Source: an uncultured Gammaproteobacteria bacterium (GTDB lineage: Bacteria; Pseudomonadota; Gammaproteobacteria; UBA9214). Taken from it: a stretch of 64,000 nt of DNA. A model generated the notes under the pieces. That model searched no databases. It was not told where the DNA came from and saw only the letters and a list, made by a program, of their open reading frames with translations. Below are positions 1 to 14,400 of this stretch, one piece after another; within the stretch, counting starts at the first letter, position 1; each line of letters starts with the position of its first letter. The stretch covers positions 224,001-288,000 of the forward strand of contig CAVYZN010000032.1 of the NCBI GenBank assembly GCA_963773065.1, given 5' to 3'. The position numbers were made by a program, and so were the translations under genes.

Positions 1-188
1 AGGTACTGGAAGATCAGGTTGTTGGCCGGTACTGTGATGACCTGCACCACGGTCACCGCCACGCCCAGGCCGATGGCCGTCTCGATGCGCTTGGAGATGG
101 CCAGGTAGGTGCACATGCCCAGGAAGAAGGACAGCGCGAGGTTCTCGACGAAGATCGAGCGGACGAAAAGGCTGAGATGGGCTTCCAT
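1..188 (-). CDS. nqrE: Na(+)-translocating NADH-quinone reductase subunit E (runs off window start)
   Basis: Manual translation [33 protein letters not shown] matches the NqrE N-terminus; lies directly downstream of nqrD. Confidence 0.9.
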   Translation of the reverse strand, partial: MEAHLSLFVRSIFVENLALSFFLGMCTYLAISKRIETAIGLGVAVTVVQVITVPANNLIFQY

Positions 189-207
189 GATCCTGACTCC
201 TGGTTGC

Positions 208-871
208 TCAGAGGGTCTCGGTGCGGTGCACCACGTGGATGCGGTACGCGGGCTTCTCGACCTGCGCCGGTTTCCAGGTGCGCACCGCCCAGATCAGCAG
301 GCCGATGATGAAGAAGGCGCTCGGCGCCAGCAGCATCAGGCCATTGGGTTCATACCAGCCGCCATCCCGGGCGAGCGGCAGGACCGCATGGCCAAGCAGC
401 GTTCCCGAGCCGAGCAGTTCCCGCAACGAGGCGACCAGGATCAGGATGGAGCTGTAACCCATGCCATGGCCCAGGGCGTCGAGCGCGCTGGGGCGCTACC
501 GGGTTCTGCAGGGCAAATGCCTCGGTGCGGCCGAGCACGATGCAGTTGGTGATGATCAGGCCCACGAACACGGAGAGCTGCTTGCTGATCTCGTAGGCAT
601 AGGCACGCAGCACCTCATCCACCACGATCACCAGCGAGGCGATGACGGTGAGCTGCACAATGATGCGGATATTGGTGGGGATATGGTTGCGGATCAGGCT
701 GATGGCCGAGCTGGAGCAGACCAGCACCACGGTGAGCCCGAGACTCATGATCAGCGATGGCGCCAGCTTGGCGGTCACCGCCAGGGCGGAACAGATGCCG
801 AGGACCTGGAGGGTGATGGGGTTGTTGTCCACCACGGGTTCGAACAATATTCGCTTGTCTTCCTGGTTCAT
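208..871 (-). CDS. nqrD: NQR subunit D (one frameshift near 480)
   Basis: [19 protein letters not shown] and [20 protein letters not shown] in ORF 350..871; C-terminus [15 protein letters not shown] in ORF 208..462. Confidence 0.9.
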
Positions 872-1704
872 GTCTTGTCTCCGTCCGCTTGCAGCCGCTT
901 GAGGTAGGGACCGAAACCCTGATCGCCGAGCCAGTAGCGCAGCAGATTGTTAACCCCCCGGCTGGTCAGGGTGGCGCCGGCGACGCCGTCGACCTGGTAG
1001 CCGGCCTCGGGCGAGGCGGGATCGACTCTGCCCTTGATGACGCTGAGGCGCAGCTTGCCGTGCTCATCGAACGCCAGTTTGCCGTGAAACCGGGCCTGCC
1101 AGGCGGGGCTCTTGATGAAATCGCCCAGGCCCGGCGTTTCCCCGTGTTCGTAGAAAGTCAGCCCGGTGATGGTCTTGCCGTCACCGGCGAGCGCGAGGAA
1201 GCCGTATAGGGTCGACCACAGACCATAACCGTAGACCGGCAGGATGATGGTTTTGATGCGCTCGCCATCCCGCACCAGATACACCGGCGCGTAGTTGGGT
1301 CGCCGCTTGATCTTGGCCGGGTCCTGGTCTGACGTCAGCGCGCTGCTGGTGGCTGGATTGCGGGCCGCAGCGTGTGAGTCGTAGGTGGCCGGGTCGATGT
1401 CCTCGGCATAGTTGCCGGAGTCGAGATCCAGGATGCGGGTCTCGATGTGCTGCTGGAAGAGTTGCTCCACCTGCTGCGCGCTGTCCGCCTGAAAACCGGC
1501 TACGCCGACGATCTCTTTCCTGATGGCGAGTGCCTGGTTGCGATCCTGCTGCGGCTTGAGCAGCACGGCGGCGCCGGCCACCAGCACCGAACAGATCAGG
1601 CACAGGGTAATGCCCACGGCGAGGATCTTGGCCGGATCGTTGTTGGGACGGGAGAAGACCCACAGGCCGCGGGCCATCCCCGCCGGCGCGGCGTCAGTTG
1701 ACAT
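868..1704 (-). CDS. nqrC: NQR subunit C
   Basis: [22 protein letters not shown] and the FMN-attachment motif [14 protein letters not shown]. Confidence 0.93.
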   Translation of the reverse strand: MSTDAAPAGMARGLWVFSRPNNDPAKILAVGITLCLICSVLVAGAAVLLKPQQDRNQALAIRKEIVGVAGFQADSAQQVEQLFQQHIETRILDLDSGNYAEDIDPATYDSHAAARNPATSSALTSDQDPAKIKRRPNYAPVYLVRDGERIKTIILPVYGYGLWSTLYGFLALAGDGKTITGLTFYEHGETPGLGDFIKSPAWQARFHGKLAFDEHGKLRLSVIKGRVDPASPEAGYQVDGVAGATLTSRGVNNLLRYWLGDQGFGPYLKRLQADGDKT

Positions 1705-2908
1705 GGCGGAGCTTCCTTCTGCGGATATTGGCCTGTATGACGAACCAGTCGATCAGCGGGGCGAACACGTTGCCAAACAGGATCGCCAGCATCATCCCTT
1801 CCGGAAATCCCGGATTGAGCACCCGGATCAGGGTGACCATGAAGCCAATCAGGGCGCCGTAGATCCAGCGTCCGACATCGGTCATCGCCGCGGACACCGG
1901 GTCCGTGGCCATGAACACCATGCCGAAGGCATAGCCTCCCAGCACCAGGTGCCAGTACCACGGCATGGCGAACATCGGGTTGGTCTGACTGCCGAGGACA
2001 TTGAACAGCATGCTGGTCCCGATCATGCCGAGCATCACTCCGGCCATGATGCGCCAGGAGGCCACCCGGGTGACGATCAAAAACGCGGCGCCGAAGAGGC
2101 AGGCGAGCGTCGAGGTCTCGCCCATGGAGCCTTGGATGAAGCCCAGGAAGGCGTCGGTCCAGGTGATGCCGGCGTTGGTGATGGCGGTCAAGGCCGCCCT
2201 CCTTGGCCAGGTACAGGGCCGTGGCGCCGCTGTAGCCGTCGACCGGCACCCATACGGCATTGCCCGAGAGGTACGAGGGGTAGGCGAAAAACAGGAACGC
2301 CCGTCCCACCAGCGCCGGGTTGAGGAAATTCTTGCCGGTGCCGCCGAACACCTCCTTGCCGATCACCACGCCGAAGGAGATGCCGAGCGCCACCTGCCAC
2401 AAGGGAATGGTGGCGGGCAGCGTCAGCGTGTAGAGCAGCGAGGTGACGAAGAAACCTTCGTTGATTTCGTGGTTGCGCACCAGGGCGAACAGCACTTCCC
2501 AGAAGCCGCCCGCGATCAGCGTGACGAGGTAGACCGGCAGCACATAGAGCGCGCCGTGCCATAGACAGGCCCATACGCTGGCCGGGTCGTAGCCGATGCC
2601 GAGCCGATCGAGCACGCCGCCCCGCCAGCCTTCGGTAGAACTGCAGCCCGAGCGAGGCCATGCGGCGTTGGCCTCGTGGCCGACCATGTACATGGCCATG
2701 AGGAAACACGGCGTGGCGGCAAACACCACGAAGATCATCAACCGTTTGAGATCGATTCCGTCGCGCACATGCGGCGCGCCCGTGGTGACATTGGCCGGCG
2801 TGTAGATGAACGTGTCGACCACTTCATAGACGGCGCTGAACCGTTCCAGGGGACCGCCGCGGCTGAACAGCCGCTCGATGCGTTCCATGTAGCGTCTGAA
2901 CGCTCCCA

Positions 2909-2909
<1 letters not shown>
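1694..2909 (-). CDS. nqrB: NQR subunit B (frameshift near 2190)
   Basis: [46 protein letters not shown] split across two frames. Confidence 0.92.
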
Positions 2910-4262
<1,353 letters not shown>

Positions 4263-4480
4263 GGTTGTTGTTTTATTACGGCTTCAAGTCAATCGCCCGA
4301 TGGATGATGGTCGGTGTTAACGGGCTGCATAGGGTAAAAGGTTGTACACCACAACGCAACTGCGGGTTGTCGGTACGCCAGTTCAATACCGGGGATACCG
4401 GGAAGCAATTCCTTTGCCACGCCTGGTGGTTGGCGTCCGCGGCGCGGTTTCTGAGTCATAACTATCATTAGTCATAACCA

Positions 4481-5341
4481 TCAATGAAAACCGCCGCACG
4501 TCCCGGCCAGCAGCGCGCCCAGGATCACGGCGGCGGCGGCGGGGAGGAGACGGCGCGGCGCGGGCCGCAGCCAGACCAGCAGCAGGCCGGCGCCGACGGC
4601 GCCGATGTCGTAGGTGAGGCGGCTGGCCGTGTTGGCGGCGCTGGTAGACAGCGCCAGTCCGAACGCCAGCAGAAACAGCAGAAACAGCAGTTTTGCGCCG
4701 GGATAGGTCCGCCGCGCACCGAAACGCACCGCGAAGGACAGCTTGCCCGCCTGCCGGTCGGTGGCAATCTGCGGCGGCTGGTGCGAGAGCAGCAGCGCGA
4801 CCGACAGCGCGAAAAACGCGATGCTGCCGTAGACCCCGGCCGAGACCGGGCGGTTGGCGGCGAGCAGCCACAGACAACCGAACACGCCCGGGCCATAGCA
4901 CAGCCCGGTCACCCATTCACCCAGGTGGGTGTAGGACAGCGGGCGGCTGCCGGAATTGTAGAGGTAGCCGAGCACGATAAGCGGCGCGGCCACCAGCGCG
5001 ATCCAGGTCTTGCCCGCCTCGATCAGCACCGCCAGTCCCAGCAGGCCGCCAAGCACCAGGCTCACGAACCCGTGGAGGGTCGCCCCGCGCAGGGTCTCGC
5101 CATGCAAGCGCACCCAGGAATTGCGCTTTTCGAGGTCGGCCCCGAGACGCCAGTCGCTGACGTCGTTGAGGACATTGATGCCATGCTGCAATAACACGAC
5201 GGCCAGGGTGGCGGCGGCGACATCGGCAAGGCGGCGACCCTGCACACCCGTCAGCAGCCACACCGCCGCCCCGGGCAGGATCGAGATGAGATAGATGGGA
5301 GGATCGAGCGCCTGCCACCACCGTAACCGGGTGTCACCCAT
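4481..5341 (-). CDS. MenA/UbiA-family prenyltransferase
   Basis: HGINVLNDVSDW and PLSYTHLGEW motifs, DRQAGKLSFAVRFG, multiple TM segments. Confidence 0.75.
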   Translation of the reverse strand: MGDTRLRWWQALDPPIYLISILPGAAVWLLTGVQGRRLADVAAATLAVVLLQHGINVLNDVSDWRLGADLEKRNSWVRLHGETLRGATLHGFVSLVLGGLLGLAVLIEAGKTWIALVAAPLIVLGYLYNSGSRPLSYTHLGEWVTGLCYGPGVFGCLWLLAANRPVSAGVYGSIAFFALSVALLLSHQPPQIATDRQAGKLSFAVRFGARRTYPGAKLLFLLFLLAFGLALSTSAANTASRLTYDIGAVGAGLLLVWLRPAPRRLLPAAAAVILGALLAGTCGGFH

Positions 5342-5372
5342 CGGCGGGTGGCAGGACTCGAGCGAAAACCTG

Positions 5373-5936
5373 TCAGGCCATGGCCGCTGCGGGTGAGCCC
5401 GCGAAGTATTCCTCCATCGCGGCGCGGAACCAGTTGGCATGCTGGCGTTCCGAATCGATGACCTTCTGGTAGACGGCGGCGGCGGCGGGGTTGTCGGCCG
5501 CGTCGGCCTGGTCGCGGAAACGCGGATAGATGTCGCGGTATTCGCGTTCCTCGACCCGGATCGCCACCCGCAGGGCCTTCTCCACCACGCCATCCGGGTT
5601 CATCCCGATCAACTGGTCGCAGTTGGCGCGGATCGTGGACAGGGCGTCTATGGCGCGCTGGGTGTCTTCGCCGCGCGCGGGTGTGCCCATGCGCTCGTAG
5701 AGTTTGCGCAGCCACACCGCGTGCAGCTTCTCCTCGCCGGCGACCTTGCGGAACAGCGTGGCCAGCCTGGGGTATCCCGCCTGCTGCGCCCAGCGCGCGA
5801 ATTCCGGATACATGATCTGGTTCTCGTATTCTTCCACATCGACAAAGGATCCCGCCGTTGCGTTCAAATCATTACCCTGGCGGGCGGCGGCGAAGCACTC
5901 GAATATCATGTCCTCGGTTATTTCAGTCATCTTCAT
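5373..5936 (-). CDS. rubrerythrin/ferritin-like di-iron protein
   Basis: Two repeats of E..E...YP.F...A plus EEKLH/SERQH ExxH motifs. Confidence 0.8.
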   Translation of the reverse strand: MKMTEITEDMIFECFAAARQGNDLNATAGSFVDVEEYENQIMYPEFARWAQQAGYPRLATLFRKVAGEEKLHAVWLRKLYERMGTPARGEDTQRAIDALSTIRANCDQLIGMNPDGVVEKALRVAIRVEEREYRDIYPRFRDQADAADNPAAAAVYQKVIDSERQHANWFRAAMEEYFAGSPAAAMA

Positions 5937-6258
5937 GGCTCCTTTAAGTATTGATGTTAGTGGTTGAGGGCGCAAAGGCACGCCGCATAGGCTACCCGCG
6001 CGCCCGGGGCTGTGCAAGCATGCCAGGGGCATCTGCCCCGCTGCAATGCCGTGGATGTGGCCGCGCGCTTCAAGAAGCTGATGGGTACGGCCTGTGGCTT
6101 TGCCCATCCGCATCAAAAAGCAACAGTAGCATGTGTAAAGCGCCGTGTACCGCTTATGCCGGGGTGTAACGGCTGTACCTGTTCCGCAAACGGGGATGCT
6201 AGTATGAAGGCGGTGGCCAAGCCCGGGTCGTTCCGTTCAACCGGCTCCGGGCGCAGCG

Positions 6259-8371
6259 GTGAACGAGAATATGGAAAACACCTACAAGATCCAGTTCGGC
6301 TCGCGCTATCCGGCCGGGGCGACGCCGGTCGATGGCGGGGTCAATTTCTCGATCTACAGCCAGCATGCCACCCAGGTCGAATTGCTGCTCTTCGAGAGCG
6401 CCCGCAGCCTCCAGCCCTTCCAGGTGATACCGCTCGAACCGCGCGGGCACCGCAGTTTTTTTTTCTGGCATGTGCTGGTCGAGGGCCTGCCGGTCGGTAC
6501 CCACTACGCCTGGCGCTTAGACGGACCGGATGATGCCGCCCGCTCGGGCCTGCGCTTTGACCGGGAGAAGGTGCTGCTGGATCCCTGGGCGCGGGCGGTG
6601 AGCGATGTGCTCTGGAACCGCCAGCGCGCGTCCGAACCCGGCGACAATCTGGAGATGTCGCTGCGCGCCGTGGTGGCGCCGAGCGGCTATGACTGGGAGG
6701 AGGATGAACCGCTGGGTTGCCATGAGCCGGAGAAGGCGGTCATCTATGAATTGCACGTCAACGGCTTCACGCGGCACCCGGGCTCCGGCGTCCGGCAGCC
6801 GGGCACCTTTCTCGGACTGATCGAGAAAATCCCCTATATCAAGGCGCTGGGCATCACGCATGTGGAACTCATGCCGATCATGGCCTTTGACCGCCAGGAC
6901 GTCCCGCCCGGCGCGGCGGCGCTGGGACTGGGCAATTACTGGGGTTACAGCACGCACAGTTTCTTCAGCCCCCATCCGGATTACTGCGTCGTCGGACGAT
7001 GCCGCCGCGCACCGCAATGAATTCCGGGATCTGGTCAAGGCCCTGCATGAGGCCGGTATCGGCGTCATACTCGATGTGGTGTTCAACCACACCGCCGAGG
7101 GCGGGGTCGGCGGCCCGACGATAAATTTCAAGGGCATCGGCAACGACACCTTCTATCATCTCGACCCCGCTGACCGGTGCATTTACCGCAACTACACCGG
7201 CGTCGGCAATACCTTCAACTGCAACCACCCGCTGGTGGCGCGGTTCATCATCGAGTGCCTGGAATACTGGGTCAGGGAAATGCATGTCGACGGCTTCCGC
7301 TTCGACCTGGCGAGCGTGCTCTCCCGCGGCGAGGACGGCCAGCCGCAATATCATGCGCCGGTGCTGTGGAGCATCGAGTTCTCCGAGGCGCTTTCCGGCA
7401 CCCGCATCATCGCCGAGGCCTGGGATGCCGCGGGCCTCTACCAGGTGGGTGGTTTCCCCGGTTTCCGCTGGGCGGAATGGAACGGCCGCTACCGCGATGT
7501 CGTGCGCCGCTACGTCCGCGGCGACAAGGGCCTGGTGAGCGAGGTGGCCATGCGCCTCAGCGGCAACAGTGATCTCTACCAGGCGCAGGACCGCTCGCCG
7601 ATGAACAGCATCAATTTCATCACCTGCCACGACGGCTTCACGCTGCATGACCTGGTGAGCTACGACAGGAAGCACAACAAGGCCAATGGCGAGGATAACC
7701 GTGATGGCAGCGATCACGAACTGAGCTGGAATTGCGGCGCCGAAGGCGAGACCGAACAGGAGCATATTCTTGCCCTGCGGCGTCGCCAGGCCAAGAACTT
7801 CATGGCCATCCTGATGCTCAGCCAGGGCGTACCGATGCTGCTGGCCGGCGACGAGGTGTTGCGCACCCAGCGCGGCAACAACAATGCCTGGTGCCAGAAC
7901 AATGAAATCAGTTGGTTCGACTGGGATCTGCCGGAGAAGCATCACGATATGCTGCGATTTACGCGCCTGATGATCGCCTTTCGCCGGCGCCACGCCTGCC
8001 TCATGCACCGGCGTTTCCTGACCGGCCAGGAGCGTGACGGCTTCCGGTTTCCGGACATCAGTTGGCATGGCATCAGTCTGAACAAGCCGTTATGGGATCG
8101 CGACGATGCGCAGGTGCTGGCCTTTACGCTGGGGCGGGTGAAGCCCGTGGACGAGGATCTGCACGTCATCCTTAACATGGGGACTGCGGATCTGGAGATG
8201 CCCCTGCCGGAAATCTCCGGCCGTCGCTGGTACCGCGCGCTGGATACGGCGCGTGACTCGCCACAGGACATCCTGGAGCCGCCCATGCAGGTTGCACAGC
8301 CCGCACTGGCATGCACGGCGAGTGCCCGCAGCGTGGCCGTCTTCGAAAGCCGCAGGAAATCGTCGGGGTAG
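6259..8371 (+). CDS. glgX: glycogen debranching enzyme/isoamylase (frameshift near 6990)
   Basis: NYWGYST, LDVVFNHTAEG, DGFRFDLAS, IAEAWD, FITCHDGFTL, RTQRGNNNAWCQ. Confidence 0.92.
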
Positions 8372-8740
8372 AATTCCGCGTACCGAGTGGCCGCACGCGC
8401 CCCGCGGGTCGCGCCGCTAAACCGGTGCCGGTCGGCGTCGATAACAATGCGGGTGTGCCGCCGGACGACAACCGCTCCGCTGCCACGAAACCGCAGCGAA
8501 GACGTGTAGCGGCGCGTGCCGCGTTCCCGCGCACGGCCCTCGTCAATACCGGGACACGTTCACAGATTCGCCAATAAGTCTTTGTATGTCGCTGGATTAT
8601 TATGAATTGATTGCCTATGATAGCGGCATGGGCAGTTTGCTCAACGGCGTGGCGGCCAGAAGAGTGGTTTTTATTATCATCCCTACAAGGTCCCGTATCC
8701 CCGGGTTTCGGGGATCACTAACAGAGAGAGGTTAGATTTT

Positions 8741-9063
8741 ATGCGCAGAATGAACAGGAAACTGATGACGTATTTTCTTGCCTTTATGCTCGCCGTATCC
8801 AATTCCGCCTTTGCGTCTGACTATGTCCACTACCAGCGCGGCGATGTATTCGGATTATCAGGAAGCCCCTACCGCCGGGACCATGCTGGCGGATACCGTG
8901 ATGGTGCGGCCGCTGATGCTGGTCGGCACCGCGGTTGGTGTGGTTGCCTTTGTCATTACGCTGCCATTCAGCGCCCTGGGCGGCAACGTGGGTGACGCCG
9001 GGCAAACCCTGGTGGTCGAACCGGCGAAGTATACCTTTCATCCGTCCTCTTGGCGTATTTTAG
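8741..9063 (+). CDS. small exported/membrane hypothetical protein (frameshifted; end approximate)
   Basis: Signal-peptide-like start continuing in another frame into MLADTVMVRPLMLVGTAVGVVAFVITLPFSALGGNV...VVEPAKYTF. Confidence 0.6.
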
Positions 9064-9344
9064 CCCAGCTGCCTGCCTTGCCGCGCCGGGCTTTGAGCCA
9101 GGCAAGGCAGGCGCCCGTCAGTACCCGCCGTAAGTTCCACAGCAATCTTCGTCCGCGGCAGTGCGCCACTGCCGGCGTTGCCGCCGGTGCGCGAAACGGC
9201 TAATCTTTTCCGTCTTCACCCGGCGAGCTTCCAGGTAAAGCGGCAACAGGAGCTTGCCGCCCGCGACCCGCCGGGGTAGAACGCAGTTTCGCCACGATGG
9301 CATGCCGGCAATGAGGCTGCCCTATCACAGGAGCATCGGGGGAC

Positions 9345-10909
<1,565 letters not shown>

Positions 10910-10965
10910 TTCGGTTAAACTCTCGCGCCCTGCGGGGTTTATTGGCCGGTTATGCGGAGAATTTC

Positions 10966-11277
10966 ATGGCACGCGTCACAGTAGAAGATTGTCTGGAGAA
11001 TGTGGATAACCGTTTCCAGCTCGTGCTGGTTGCCACCAAACGGGCGCGCCAGTTGGCGAATGGCGTAACGCCCTTCGTCGACTGGGAAAACGACAAGCCC
11101 ACGATCGTCGCCCTGCGGGAGATCGCCGCCGGCCTGATAGGTCCCTCCATACTCGATGAACAGGTCAGGCCGGAAATGGAAGCGGACGAGGATATCCTTG
11201 GGCGGAGCAGCGGCTCCGGTGGTGATCGCCGCCGCGGAGACCGGAAGACGACAATCCGCGGGAGAGCGACGGACTGA
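10966..11277 (+). CDS. rpoZ: RNA polymerase omega subunit
   Basis: [30 protein letters not shown]; gmk-rpoZ-spoT synteny. Confidence 0.95.
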   Translation: MARVTVEDCLENVDNRFQLVLVATKRARQLANGVTPFVDWENDKPTIVALREIAAGLIGPSILDEQVRPEMEADEDILGRSSGSGGDRRRGDRKTTIRGRATD

Positions 11278-11546
11278 ATCCTTTCCTCCCGGCCCGGTAT
11301 CCGGCCGGGTCGCCTTGGCTGAATAAACTCCCGCCCGTAACAGCAGCCCGCGCAGGTCTCGTGCCCGGCGTCCGGCGCCGCCCGGCCGTCGTTTCGCGAT
11401 CCTCAACTCAAAGCACGCCGTTTTCACGGCAAGGTCGCCGCTGGTGCAAGCATGGGGATACTTGTCCTATGATGGGCGCTACCGGGCACGACACGACCAG
11501 CCTCCCTGGCTAACCACAGTGTATGCCGGACACAGGCGAGCGCCCC

Positions 11547-13707
11547 ATGGCTACCAGACAGGAAACCGTTGCTGAACCCGGGTCGCGATTTCTCATCAGC
11601 GACCTGTGCCAGATGCTGGAATCGTACCTGGAACCGGAACAGGTGCAGGAAGTCTATCGCGCCTACCTGTTCAGCGCCGAGGCCCACGAAGGGCAGCACC
11701 GCATGTCCGGCGAACCCTACATCTATCATCCCGTGGCCGCGGCGCGCATCCTGGCCAACTGGGCCTCGATCACAAATCCATCATCGCGGCCATCCTGCAT
11801 GATGTCATCGAGGACACCAAGACCGCCAAGGACCAGATCGCCCGTGAGTTCGGCAACGAGGTCGCCGAACTGGTCGACGGCGTCAGCAAGCTGACCCAGA
11901 TCGAATTCGAAAGCCAGGCGGAAGCCCATGCCGAGAATTTCCGCAAGATGATCCTCGCCATGGTGCGCGACATCCGCGTCATCCTGGTCAAGCTGGCGGA
12001 CCGCCTGCACAACATGCGCACCCTGGGGGTGATGCGCCCGGAGAAACGCCGGCGCATCGCGCGCGAGACGCTCGAGATCTACGCCCCGATCGCCAACCGG
12101 CTGGGCATCAATGCGATCCGTGTGGAGCTCGAGGACCTCGGCTTCGCGGCCCTGTATCCCCTGCGTTACAAGGTGCTGGAGAAGGCGGTGCGCGTCGCCC
12201 GCGGCCATCGCAAGGAAGTGCTCAGCAAGATCGAAACCGCAATCAAGCGGCGCATGCACCAGGAAGGGCTGAGCGGGCGCATCCTGAGCCGCGAGAAGCA
12301 CCTCTACAGCCTGTACTGCAAGATCCGCAACAAGGCGCTTTCCTTCGACGACGTCTATGACGTCTATGCCTTCCGCATCATCGTGGACACGGTCGATACC
12401 TGCTACCGGGCGCTTGGCGTCATGCACAACCTCTACAAGCCGGTGCCGGGCAAGTTCAAGGACTACATCGCCATACCCAAGGCGAACGGCTACCAGTCGC
12501 TGCACACCATCCTGTTCGGTCCCTACGGTGTCCCGATCGAGATCCAGATCCGCACCGAGGAGATGGACAAGGTGGCGGAGTCGGGCGTCGCGGCGCACTG
12601 GCTGTACAAGACCGGCGAGCAGAACCACGACCAGATGCAGGCCGGGGCGCGGGAGTGGCTGCGCGAGCTGCTGGAGATGCAGAAACATGCCGGCAATTCG
12701 CTCGAATTCCTCGAGAGCGTCAAGATCGACCTGTTCCCGGATGCGGTGTACGTGTTCACGCCGGCGGGCCAGATCATGAAACTGCCGCATGGCTCGACGG
12801 TGGTCGATTTCGCCTACGCGGTGCATACCGATGTCGGCAATACCTGCGTCGCCGGCAAGGTCGACCGCCAACTGGTGCCGCTGCGCACCGCGTTGCGCAA
12901 CGGCCAGACCGTCGAGATGATGACGGCCGAGGGGGCGCATCCCAGCCCGGCGTGGCTCGAGTTTCGTGGTGTCGGCCAAGGCGCGCTCCAATATCCGTCA
13001 TTACCAGAAGAGCCTGAAGCGCGAGGAAGCCATAGACCTGGGACGGCGCATGCTGGAGCGGGCGCTGGCCGGTCTTCGGCGCCACGGCGGAGGGCATTTC
13101 GGAGAAGCGGCTGGCCGCACTGCTGAAGGAGTATCGCATCGGCAGCTACGAGGATCTGCTGATGGATGTCGGCATGGGCCGCCGGCTTGCCGTCCTGGTC
13201 GCGCGCGCCCTGGTAACAGCCGGTGAGGACGGCCCGAGAAAGGAGAATGACGAGAAGACCATGCGGCCGCTGGTGATCAAGGGCACGGAAGGCATGGTGA
13301 TGCACTTCGCCAAGTGTTGCCGGCCGATACCGGGTGATCCGGTCGTCGGACTGATCACGGCCGGCCGCGGCATGGTGATCCACACGACGAACTGCCGCAA
13401 CCTGAGGGAGCACCGCCACCCGCCCGAGAACTATATCGACGTGCAATGGGAGCCGGGTATCGAAGAGGAGTATCCGGTCGAGATCGGCGTGCTCGTCGCC
13501 GACCGGCGGGGCGTGCTGGCCACGGTAGCGGCGGCGATCGGCAATGCGGATTCCAACATCGAGAATGTCGGCATGGAGGAGCGCGACGGATTGACCAATA
13601 CGCTGTGGTTTACCATCTCGGTGCACAACCGCCAGCATCTGGCGAGGATCATGCGGAGGGTGCGCAATATCCCCTCCGTGATGCGCATCAGCCGCCTGCG
13701 GGGCTGA
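11547..13707 (+). CDS. spoT: bifunctional (p)ppGpp synthetase/hydrolase (frameshifts near 11760, 12960, 13080)
   Basis: HEGQHRMSGEPYIYHP, AAILHDVIED, KLADRLHNMRTL, KANGYQSLHT, TGS and ACT domains. Confidence 0.93.
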
Positions 13708-13762
13708 AGCCGCCGCCGCGGCTTCACCGTGAACGTTCCCAACTCATAATGCGAAGGAAACC

Positions 13763-14165
13763 ATGAGCATGACACGCAAGACGATCCAGACCGACCTGGC
13801 GCCCCAGGCGATCGGCACCTATTCACAGGCCGTGCGCTGCGGCGACAGCGTCTATCTCTCCGGACAGATTCCGCTGGCGCCGCAGACCATGGAACTGGTG
13901 GACGGGCGGCATGGAGGCGCAGATCAGGCGCGTGTTCGACAATCTCTCCGCCGTGGCGGCCGCCGCCGGGGGCAGCCTGGCGGATGTCGTCAAGCTGAAC
14001 GTCTACCTGGTCGATCTGGGTCATTTCGCGCTGGTGAACCAGGTCATGGCCGAGTATTTCCAGGAGCCCTATCCGGCCCGTGCCGCGGTGGGCGTGGCCT
14101 CGCTGCCCCGCGGCGCGCAGGTGGAAATGGATGCCGTCATGGTGCTGGGCAGTGGAGGGGGCTGA
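13763..14165 (+). CDS. RidA-family enamine/imine deaminase (frameshift near 13905)
   Basis: [41 protein letters not shown]. Confidence 0.9.
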
Positions 14166-14174
14166 CAAACAGTT

Positions 14175-14383
14175 CACCGCAAAGCGCGAAGAACGCAAAA
14201 TACAACCAATCTCAACATAGTGCCTGTCCTACTGTCCGCCAGAGAGATTGGTTATCGCTTCAATCAGGCAGCAAGAATGCGAGTAACCGGGTTCTTGCTC
14301 TGCTCACAATGGCAGGTGAATCAGAGTTTCATAATTGTTGGTTTTGCCAGAGATTTTCTTTGCGCTCTCTGCGCCTTTGCGGT
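14175..14383. repeat. inverted-repeat pair, family A (CACCGCAAAG.CGC.AAG..CGC), around an AT-richer ~157 bp spacer
   Basis: caccgcaaagcgcgaagaacgcaaa at 14175 and ctttgcgctctctgcgcctttgcggt at 14358-14383. Confidence 0.8.
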
Positions 14384-14400
14384 TAATTTTTTTTTACGTT

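Noticed and set aside
13763-14165. RidA deaminase (or tag/mutM/radC) as the mutator
   Set aside because: RidA acts on enamine/imine metabolites. The repair genes are ordinary housekeeping genes far from the block.
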